Assembly: GCA_000708835.1 (NCBI GenBank)
Contig: DF237107.1
Coordinates: 1 to 64,000, forward strand
DNA from: Klebsormidium nitens
Lineage: Eukaryota > Plantae > Klebsormidiophyceae
Reading direction: 5' to 3'
DNA length: 64,000 nucleotides
A model generated the notes under the pieces. That model ran no database searches, was not told the DNA's origin, and saw only the letters and a list, made by a program, of their open reading frames with translations. The stretch's first letter is position 1; every line of letters starts with the position of its first letter. This document shows positions 10,931 through 21,985 of this stretch, piece after piece. A program made the position numbers and the translations under genes.

Positions 10931-12591
10931 ACGACTAACCCTGGGTTTGATGTGGAACGTGGGTCATGAGTATACTTACTGCACCGCATTCGGTGAGGGA
11001 TTTGTTGGGCTTTAATAAGCCGATTGATCTGGGCTCCAAGCTGGAGGATCCTGCCATAGAATTTGGCGGCAAGTTATACTTTATGGACATTCCTAGTTGC
11101 TAAGCTGTCGTTAGATGTATCTCAGTCGTGTTTGGAGCATTTAAAAAATAAGGCAAGTGTACAGCTCGTGCACAAATTTGGAGAAAGAATGGGAAAAAAG
11201 AAGGAGTATGACTTGTCGTTTCCATGCAAAGATGGGCAATTGCCCGTCTGTTCTTGTTGTGCTGCCTTTCAATGATAAATCGACCGTGTGCAGTGGTTGA
11301 TCTATGAGTGTCGTATGCCGCAAGCTGATCAGGGGTTAGGCGATTCTTCCAGCTGAGACAATGCCTCTGGCAGCTCGCACGCCGCCTGGTCGGATCGCCC
11401 CGGGACATGCCAGACCAAAGAATGTACTGAAATCAGCTAGCTCGAAATCTGCACATCAGGTGTGAGTTTCGAATTGGTTATGCAATGCATATGGCAGCAG
11501 TAAAGCCGAAACAGGGGCCGCGCCTAAAATTGCGCATGCGTGGCAGCTTGCAGCAACCCGCGCTTTGTCAAATTGCTGTATGGCCATACGTGTATATATA
11601 TCTAGCTATCGCGTGAGACATAATGAGATCTAAGTACACGTCATACGCGTACGCCATGTCCAACGCAGTTGCACTGCATGCACCAAGTTGCGCACCCGAT
11701 TCTTGGTCGGACGCAGCTTGACACCAATCATTGTTCCGACTGCTGAATATACCCCATGAAGTCACGTCCTCACGTATATAGCCCATGAGCTCTAAGCTGC
11801 ACTTGGAAAAAAGAGGAGCTAGCAGCCGGGTTCCCGATGCCCCGGCCTGCTAAATTTCTCGTCAACTCCGACAGCTCAGTGTGACCTTTGAATCGCGAAC
11901 CCAGTACCGTCACCGTGCAGTCGTTGATCATCGATGCAATTTCAGCCCCAAGCCTTTCATTGTACCGTCGGGCTAATTATCAAAACTTAGAGAACATGCA
12001 CAATTGCTGGCCGGAGTATAACGTCTCTCCAATGCACCGGTGACCGTCGGACATGTATGATCTCGAAAGATTACATTGTGCTTTGCAAATTCATAACGGC
12101 AGCCACCGCCCTTTCAAAAACAAAACACTCGCCCTTTCCAGAAGTTCAATATGTGTGGATCATGTCGAGGCTCTTTGAGCGCTTAAGTTTGACAGCTCTC
12201 AGAGCCCCTCTTTACCGTAATCGCGTATACTAAAGACTGCGCTCAGAATGTTGATCAGAAATACGTCGGTAACGACGAAATATTGTGGACTTTTAAACGT
12301 TTCGCTGACAAGGCCGGCATATATAGCGCGACGGTTTCGCTTTATGTCTGGTCGAGGCTGTGCTTCTGTACAATTATCTTGCTTGGCATGCCTATAAATA
12401 GGAGGTTCGTGCTGCTTAGATTGACAGCGCCCCAGCAAATCTTGGGCGCCAAAACAATTCGATCACTGGGACCACTTCTCCCACGATGCCGTATTCAATT
12501 ACCTTGCTATCTATAAGCTCCAAAACTGTGTCAGGAGCTCGACATCGAAATAATAACCTATAGCGGACGTACCTATAGCGCCCGTTAAACC

Positions 12592-15500
12592 TTACTTGGC
12601 GGAGCCGTTAACAGTACCCATCACCGCCAAGCCTAGTTCTTTTGCGTTGACGATGCTAGGGCAGGCCTGGGGCAGGCTCGATGCCGTTTCGTCCAGAAAC
12701 GGCATCACGTCGTCGTGGTGGGGCCAGACGGGAAAGCCCTGAAGCGCGCCCTGCATTTCAGGGGACGATACGTCTCTATGCTGTTTCTTTCACGTCAAAA
12801 AGTTCTCACTTGTAGTCCCCGTTATTCGCATTCGTAAGTATCCAAGAAAGAAAGGACATTCCTTTTCCGAGGGTCTTTTCAACTACTGAAACTTAAGCTT
12901 TGACCTTGACAGACATTTGGTATGACGGACTGGTAGCTTTAAGTGCGGGGCTTAGGAGCCTAGTAAGTGGGGCCTGAATAGACGATTGGGAGCCCATCAG
13001 ATTGGGGAGATAGAGCAAACGAAGTCAAAGAAGAAAACAATCCTCGTATCATTGTCCTAGCTGGAACTCGTCGGGGTACCTTCGACATCAACAGAGTCTA
13101 AGAACACTTTCAAATGAGAATCAAAATGAATCTATCTACCTCTGTGGAAGGAGCCAGAGACAATGCTATCGCAAGATGCTGGAGGGCATCTTTCACGCGT
13201 TTTGGAAGTTGCAATCGCAGACCAACGCGTCCCGCTCGCTTTTCGTTGACTTGTGCCATTTTTTCAGCGCATAAGACCCTTTGACTTTCTTCTAATCCTA
13301 TTCGAGCGGCCGGAAATATTCTCCTCCATAGCCAAAGGTAAATGCTACCCGTGACAGCTGTTTTGAGATGAACATAAGAGGAGTAGTGGTGGCTGGAGTC
13401 CGATTGGCGCGTAAGTTTGATGCCAGAAAAGTAGTCTCTCATCGGCAGCTCACCGCGACGTTGCAGGCTGCCAGCGTGGCCATTCCCGCGCGTGTGAACA
13501 TAAGCGCGGAGGCGATATGGGGAACGACGATCGCGTTTGCGAGGCTCTCCAAGCCCGGCTGCATCTTGGGCTCCTCCTGCGCCGGGTTCAGAACATGGTT
13601 AGGGACTTGTTCGTAATTGTGACTGCATTACGTTTTTGGAGAACTCATGTGTCGTACAATCCCTTTCCTAGGAGGATTTGTCGTGGTACCGCAGATGAAT
13701 CGGCCACGCTTTTTGAGTTTGGCTGCATCTTCATATTTCCAAAAAGACGATGGGTAGCCATCTGTTGAGCTCGGGTCAACGGGCTGACGCGCTGAAGCAA
13801 AGCGGGTTAAGTTTGATTGTCCGGAACCTCGACCACGTTTGCAGAGCTCCCCAGCCGGGCTGCATCTTGGGCCTTTTCTGAACCGGATTGAGATTACAAT
13901 GAAGATCTGATTTGACATGATGTGATTTGACATGAGCTGTCACACAAGAACTCAGGTTATCAAGAGGGGTTATCACGGGAACCGCAAACCGCGTGCGCAG
14001 AAGTATCCAGAGCAACCTGCACCTTCTCTCCTCCTGCGCCGGGGTGGTTACGATCAGGTTCACGTCGCAGGCCAGGTTTAAGCTTGGAAACAAAGACAGC
14101 TGCTGGGCTCAAACTGGCCTTCAAGAACATTTGAGACCAAAACAGCCTAAACGGCTAATGCTTTTAAGATCGAAAAAGCCTCAGCAACGATCGCTGAACG
14201 GGAATCATTTGTTTAGTGCGCATATCCCTGCGCGCAACTGCAAAACGATATGCGCCCACCTCGAAGACGTCCAGGCCCGCGTGGAAGAGCGGGTTCGCTT
14301 TGAGGTGCTCCACCAAGGCCGACTCGTCGATGACTGGCCCCCGGCTGATATTGATTAGGATGGCGTCCTGCAGCGGCGATTAGGGAGGGAAGCTTAGAGG
14401 TTCGCGGAGATGGACCCGTTGGCACGAACTCTTCGTGTAAGCCCTCCGGTTGTGAGTCGCCACGTGGGTCGAAAATAGAGCGATCTGAAACACCAGAACT
14501 TCCCTTCAGTATTCCGAACTGCCGATCGGGACAGCTAGAATTCGCTTGAACTTTATGCAAGTGTGAAACGGGAACAAAGAAGAAGCTCGGGACGAGTGAA
14601 CAGAGAAAAGACTGCAAAAATGCCGAGGCCTCAAACTGCCCACCTTCTTCATCAGTTCGAGCCGCTCCATGTTGATCAGGTGGCGCGTCGAGTCGTCCAG
14701 TATCACGTGCAGGCTGATGACGTCAGCCTGCGTCAGCACCTCCTCGACGGAGCCCGCCCGGGTGCACGTCAGCGGCGCCTCGCCTAGACTCTCCAGAAAA
14801 CTGCTGTAGACTGCGGCGAATAAGAAGTAGCCGTTAGTTTTCCTGTCTGCAAGAGTGTAAAGCAGCCGTAGGTATACATATGGACCGAATTTGCAATATT
14901 CAAGCCGAGTTTGTAAGTCTGCCCTGTTTTGAAGCCTATTACGTAAACCTTTCCCAGTTTTTAAAACAGCCAAAAGAGTGAAAACAGCGCAGATGAGGCA
15001 AAACAACTCAAATTTTCAACAGGGCAAGAAAGTTTTTTGAAAACGCAGATTTGAGGAAGGCAAGAGAGCCAGTTTTAATTTTGAAAATCCCACTTGAATG
15101 TTGAGGGGAATAGTCACTGATTGTCGTTTTCTCCTAGGAGAGCTACAGTGCATCAGAAAAGCAAAGACCTGAGCTTGGAGCCCCTACCAATGATCTTCAC
15201 TTTTAAAGATTCTGTAGAGAACGAATCGACAATTCTTTGGCAACCACGTCGTTTGTATTGGTTCGGATTTTTTGCTCTACGATTGTCTCTGAACTGCTAA
15301 AGCAACCCAAGTCCATTTACCTTCTCCGGGATCCGGCATTTTAAGGTTGCACACTAGAAGGCGGATAGGAGTGGCAGACTCGACATTTCCGGAAAGAGTT
15401 GATTGGTTCCTTCGCGGATTGGAGTAGTCGATTATGCCTTCCAAAAAACGAGCTCAAGCTCAATCTGATCACAGTTGCAAGGATTGAACATCGCTGCCGG

Positions 15501-18500
15501 TTTACATCTGACCTGCAGTGAATGACTCCAGCTTCTTCGCTTGGTAAAGGTCGTAGTACATAACATTCATTTTGTGCCCCTCCATCTGCAAGCGAGACGA
15601 GAGAAATTGAAGCCAGAAAGCGTTTACAGATCCACTTCAGAAAAAGAATGCCCGTCCCGCGCATCCTTGGATCTGAACTACTTACCAATCATCATCGGCT
15701 GCGTAGTAAGAATCGGCGTCAGAGGTTCATGGAAAACTTACAAGAATCGTGTCGAAAACCTCGATCATAGATCACCCAGAAGCAGACCAGGCTCTCATAG
15801 ACATTCTCAGAAACGACGGCGTAAATGAAGACATACATTCCTTCCTAAATCGTCTCAATTTACAGAGGAATCTGCGCCAAACAAAGTCAAAGCTGGCAGC
15901 CTGAGAAGACCCTCGAACATACATATACTGTATACTGCAGGTACCACGAAAACATGCACACGTGTCAAAATGGGACTCGATTCTAGAGGGGCACGTTCTG
16001 ACCATGTGTCTCAGTTCCTTTGAACTTCAAGCTACTTGAATGATAAGAACGTACGTTCTACCTGGCAGAAACAAAACCAGACTCCCAATCCAGACATTCA
16101 TGCAAACCGCACCCAAACCCAGTCTAACCCCTACCTAATCCTCCCCGTCCACTTGGCTTGACCATGTTATTCACATGGCTCCTATCTACCTAAAATGAAG
16201 ATTTGGGATCTGACCATCATCCGCGCATAAGCGGTGCCGATCCTGCCCGCGCCAAGAATGCCGAGCGTCCGGCCCTTGAGCGGGTTCCCGATGAATCGCG
16301 TCGGCAGCCAGCCGTCGTATTTCCCGTCGCGCATGAAATGGTCCGCCTCCACCACGCGCCGCGCAGTCGCCAGCGTCAGGGCGACCGCCAGCTCCGCTGT
16401 CGTCTCAGATGCAATGCCCTGTATAGGGGGGGGGGCAAATAAGACTTTCGTTTGGGCAGTGGGGTTAGCGCACGAAAGACGAAGGGGTGTCGCCAGCGTC
16501 AGCGCGACCGCCAGGTCGGCTGCGGTCTCGAATGCGATGTCCTGTTTGGGGGGGAAGAAAGAGTGCGGTTTTTGGGGGGAGAAAAGAAGTGGGCACTTCC
16601 GGGGGGGTGGAAACAAGTAGGTTGAAGTTTTTTGTGAGGGAGAACGGGGGGAACACGCGGCGCGGTGGATCGTGGGGAAAGAAGACGTGGGTTACTGGGG
16701 AAGACCAAGGGTAGCAGTTGCCAGGCGTCAGGTCGGCCGCCAGCTCTGCGATGCTCAGTTTAGTGAGAGGAGAGGTGGGTTGTTTTGGGGGAGGTGAAAA
16801 GAAGTCGGCCTTTCTTGGGGAGGAGAGGTATGGTGAGCATCAGCAGAAAAAGATGAATCCTAAGTGCAGACGGAGAGACTTTCATGGGAAGGCACGTCTG
16901 ACGTTGTGGCTGCCAAGCCCACGTCGTGTTGGGACTCTCGTTAGCCATGTCGAGAGTTTTATTTGAAAGCGACGCAGAAAGCTCGAAAGCCAAAGAAAAA
17001 GAGTGTATCGATGTAGGCAGACTTGCAAGTCAAGCTCAAAAAAGCGAAGCAGGATCTGTGAATTGAGCAATGAAAAAAGGGCAGGCTATGGGTGAGGCCC
17101 CAAAAAACGACCGGCAGCTCACGGGAGTGTTTCCGACGGGGATTCCGTATCTAGTTGCCGCCGCTAGGTCCACGTTGTTGAAGCCGTCGGCCATGTTGCT
17201 ATACGCACGCCCGCCGGCCCTTCTGAGCGCCGCAAAGAGCTCCCCACTCCAGTCCTCCGTCAGCTGCCCGATTGCGCCGTCGCAACGGTCTCCGATCAGA
17301 GCCGTGATGTCAGCGGGGCTCAGGATGGTTTTGGGGGCGGTGCAGATCTGCGCAGATAATCGGTATTGGGTCATCCTTCTGTTTACGATTGTCTATGAGA
17401 TTCGTAATGTGAGATCCAAACAATTGGAAAGAAATGCCGTCCGGTTTCAACGTGGAATGGTCAGTAAGAGCAACTTTGTTCTGGGAACTCGTTTCTCCCA
17501 TGCCAATATGGGAGAGCGGGGGTGTAGCCAGCTTCGTGCACATTCGGGAAGGAGGCCCCCCGCTAATGATGACGTCAGCATAGGGCGGCACTTCTGTTGG
17601 CGAGGCCTTGGGGAGGTCGTGAGGAGACACCAACGCCAAGCTTCTTCAGCTTCGTGTCCAAAGCCAGGGGGCTGTTTCAGACGGGTAGTTCGGGGGGGTA
17701 TTTTAGAGGGGTGGTTCGGGGAAGTAATTCAGAGAGGTGGATCAGAGGTTTACTTCAGGGCTGATCAAGTATGACAGCGCTTAAGTCGACAGGCATCTTG
17801 GGCAAGAACACAAGCCAGATGCTTTCAAGCTGGCACAGAGTCCGCTCGTAAATCCGCCGACGTAGATTTGAGATTTTTTGACACGACCTATAGACTCAGA
17901 AGGAATGAAAGTCTTCTTGAGAAAGGGGAGATCTGATGCTGTCACAAGCAGAGTAATCAACGATTGGTCACAATGATTTCGGCTGCTCTCTTCTAAGGCT
18001 GAAGCTTACAGAAGCGCAAAGCTCAACTCAGTGCTTTTCACCAGGAAGAGATTTGTACTCTGCAGTACTCCGTAGCTTACCTCCAGTCGACAACGAGCAG
18101 ATTCACACGCAAAGAGACATATGAACATATGTAGAGAATCTATCCTCATCATATGCCATCTTGGTTTGAGAATCATTTCTCACAGGTTACGTCCATCCAA
18201 CACCGCCCAGATCTTACACCCGAAAGCTATCTCAAAGATCACAGACCCTTGACCACTGTATGCGCAGAATTCCTTTCCAGCTTGCACTCATTTCAGACTT
18301 GACACTCGCCTCCACACGACAGTCTGCTTCCACCAGTGCGTCGATCCATCTGGTGCCAGGCAGCGGTTTGGTGGAGATCACCCTGAAGCGACCCGTGGGG
18401 TTTTGCACTAGAACAGGGAGGGGCGTGAGGCCGTTGCTGCGCTGAGTCGGAGGGGGCAGAAGGGGATCCCCTTGAGGGGGCATCGTCTTGGGAGTAGGCC

Positions 18501-19402
18501 TGGAAAGTAGAAGACGGTGCAACGCTATCAGGCGTGATTGGTTGGACTACATCTCAAGAAGGGAGGACTCGCTTTGGGGGGGCATGAAGTCGGGGGGACA
18601 TGAACTTGGGAGTAGGCCTGGGAGACAGAGACCGTGGGTCAATAACCGGCGAGTAGGAATCTAGATGGGAGGGCTTGCATTTGGGACACGATTATGAGAA
18701 GGAGCAGACTGTCTGAATCATAGCCTTTCTATGAAGCAGATTGGATGGATAACTTTTGGCATTGTGGGCGGACTTGATTGTGGTCAGGGAGTGAGGGGCC
18801 TAACCTAGGCCAGCTCACTTATCAGATTGTCCTTCTATACACTCCTTTCGCTGTCAAAACGTATCCACAGGCAAGCAACCTTATGATCAGCTCATCCAAT
18901 GATTATTTTAGATTCTTCCCGGGCAAGACGTTGGACTCTTCACACTCAAACAGTTCACCGAATCTCCTGTGCAGCGAACTTAAACCATCCTGATGTGCTG
19001 AAGGTGGTTTCTGATCTAAGTTATTAGAGGACAGGTTATTAGACGGGCAAGGACTTGCTCTTGCTCTTGTCAACATAGACGGTGTATTGATGCGATCTAC
19101 AATAAGGGATTCAGCAGCGTTGCACCTAACTCAAAAGTTGGTCAATGACACGTGATATCCAAACGATCCAGGTTTAGACGGGGGAGTCCAAACGTGCTAC
19201 ATTCCAGACCACCCCTGTTTCAAACCACATCTGGTTTTAGGCAGTGGTATAAGACAAACCGACTCCCTAAATGGCCTACCAAACCTACTGCTTCTCTTCC
19301 AGCTCACCGGGGTACAGTATTGGTAGATCCGCGTGTTGGTGACGTGAAAGCACCTCCGGTGATGGTTGCGTGAGCTCGGCAGAGCTGAACGGCGTGGGAC
19401 AT
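12592..19402 (-). CDS. HPR: Plant-type hydroxypyruvate reductase (glycerate dehydrogenase) with N-terminal extension
   Basis: Model complement join(19402..19308,18499..18310,17347..17123,16418..16215,15585..15513,14810..14644,14367..14260,13576..13454,12750..12592), about 447 aa in frame. Motifs: NPTGRFRVISTKPLPGTRWI, GNTPG..ETTAE, GILGAGRIGTAYARMM, INISRGPVIDE, LDVFEEEP, VPHIASA, CPSIVNAKELGL. Exon 1 is the least certain. Confidence 0.9.
16480..16760 (-). repeat. Decayed copies of the HPR exon-4 acceptor and exon start within intron 3
   Basis: ccccccaaacag|GACATCGCATTCGAGACCGCAGCCGACCTGGCGGTCGCGCTGACGCTGGCG (DIAFETAADLAVALTLA) starts at 16541, against the true GIASETTAELAVALTLA at 16418. 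A more decayed copy (AELAADLT) is near 16746. Confidence 0.85.
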
Positions 19403-21985
19403 CTCCAAGCGAGCTGGAAGAAAGCGCGAAGGTCACGAGTCCGCGTTTTCGGGGGATTGATATTGCGCTGGCAGCAAAGTCCTTACGCCCCCGATCAGCT
19501 TAGAAGAGATGGCGACAGGGGTCTCCAAAGCGGCTGCTGGTGCTGAACAGTTTGAGGTGCGTGTTCGTGGATCTGCGTATTGCTCAAAAATTGAATATCG
19601 CGTTTGCTGCACGCTTTTCCTTGGGGAGCTCCTTGAAACGCTGGGCGGGTCGCCGTTGACTAGTACTCACAAACTTCAGCTGTTATATTATTCTGGATGA
19701 AAGTTTGGGCGAGCTTAGCCTTCTCGCCGAGGTGTTCCAAGGCACGGCGCCTTTGCCAGAGTTCGGCCCTAGCGCAATCTGCATCCGGCTGACAAAGGAT
19801 AAGTACTCACGACTGCTGCATGCGCGGCGACTCGATCATGGCTCCTGGGAGTGTGCCCACACACTTTCCATGAAGTCCTTGACACTGCTCCTGATATCCG
19901 CCTGACTCCCAGCTAGGGCTAACTGGGGCCTGGATTCCATGACCGTCCTCATAACTCATGCAGTCATTTCAAGTTTTGTTCTAGTCGCTGTGTCAGCGGG
20001 TCCCCACGAGCGGGCACCGGAGTGTCAACGCGATCACATGATGCAACGCCGCATGTGCGCCACGGCAGGCCTGGTGAAGAGGAATATCGTTACTAGACCT
20101 CATCTCCACTAGCATTTAACAGGTGTTGCAAACGATTCATGTAGGTGGTATATAGCTGGTGGTCAGAGAACCTACTGTACAGAAGGGTGTTGATCCAGCG
20201 AACCAGCGCCACCATTACGCAGCTGCTCTGGTTACGGTACAGAAATTCCTGATGAGTACCGTTCATCGGAGGAATCTGTCAGGTCGCATGATTGAACAAG
20301 CGCGTAATAATGTGAGCTAGGCTGTGTCACCATGCATGTGCGAGCAGAGTTTGAACTTCTGCCTGGGAACTGCAGAGCAAACATTGTGTCACTGCAGCCT
20401 CAGTGCAGCCATTCCGTTCACGGGTGCGCACTGCGTTCTAGAGCTGCAAAATGTCCGTACTGCCTTACGTAGTAAGTACGCGCCGAGCGCGGGACTGCCG
20501 ACATCCGTACACCAGTTAGTACAAGTATATGACGCCACGCTGACGGTACGTACCGCGCAGTACTTCATACTATGAGATGCTCGCGTCGGCCGCGAACTTC
20601 GTGCAGGAATCACCCGGCGAGTTAGACGGTACACTGACAGGCGCAGCAGCCAGTGGCTCAGTTTTGCTGGTTTCCTAATTCCCCTCTAGTCTCGACTGGT
20701 TGGTTGAAGTACCTAGGTACGTAGATAGGTACGTCGGACGCTTGACTACGGTACCACTTCGAGTCGACGCCGCGCCGGCCCCAGTGACTTGGTCCACTTT
20801 GGACGTACGTAGTCTGATACTCGTCATTGTTCTGATCGGTTTCTGCGAGACACAACGACGTTGCATTCAGGGCGTTGCAAGTGTTGCGTGAGCGTTGCTG
20901 CATCAGTCATGATATCTTGCAAGGTTCTTTCAACGTCAAAGAGCTGAAGTGTGTGCGCTTTCAAAGGACAAGTCGCGTTGTTGGAGCTTCACTTAGCATC
21001 ATTGCACAAAAAAAGGTAATTTACACACAGCCCCGCCCCTATTTGCTCCACCTGGCCCAGGCCGGAGCCCTGCGCGTTTGGCCGCCCATTCTGTACTTAC
21101 AACGACGAGATGACATACCTATACTGCTCAATTGCAGCTTTCCGCTTACAGCACACAATTCTCAAGCTACGATGCTTATAGCTTGTACAACTTGCGAAGC
21201 TGGCGTTCTCTGCAACATGCTGGCGGTAGAATGACCGACGGGGATGCCGCTGATTTGCTTCGGCATTCGACTGTCAACCAGTCAACTCCTTAACCAACGG
21301 GCGCTGAGCTCCCGCCGAGCGGGTCAATTGGCGCGATCAACAAGCTGGTACTGTCTTTGAGTCTTCACACGCCATCCATTTATTGAACTTCGCTGGTACT
21401 AACTTAAGGTTTACAGTCCTTCCTCCCAGTAATCAAAGACTGTGGCTAGGACCGGCTTGCGACCGGTCTGGGCCGAACTACTGAAACCTGATGGAACATG
21501 CAGTATCCAATAATGCATATAAACTGGCATCACGGTTGAAGTCATTCTTAGCATCAAACCAGCTGGGGTTATGTACGATTCTAGTTCATGTCTAGATTTC
21601 AAGAAGTCAACACAAAGGTTGAGCGGTGTCCCGAGTCTTGGTGCCGTTCTTGGCAGTCGACCTTGAGAACTCGCTACTAGCACGGAGCTAGCAAAAAATT
21701 TAGGTTTGGTTGTAACTTCGAACCGGCGAATGCGGCCACTCAGGGCAGTGTGATGCAAACACCGGGTGGCATTGGAGTCTCAATCGGTGAGAATGCAACC
21801 GTAGAGACGAACCCCAGTCACGGAAGCTGCGGTTTTCAAGAACGGTCATGATATGCAAACAGGCTCGAAGCCGACGACCTAAATACCGGTAAGAAGTATC
21901 AAATGCATGGAGACTTCCTTGTCTTTTGCAGCCCCGCCGCTTGAAAATTACTTCCGCGAATTCGGCATCTATTCTGTAACCGCTT

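Noticed and set aside
19509-19905. Possible plus-strand gene start MATGVSKAAAGAEQFE|gtgcgt
   Set aside because: Only ~105 bp from the HPR ATG, with no consistent downstream exon chain or homology.
19950-21950. Many short ORFs and palindromic-looking sequence between HPR and the coiled-coil gene
   Set aside because: No TIR, LTR or protein motif could be defined; probably degenerate repeat DNA.
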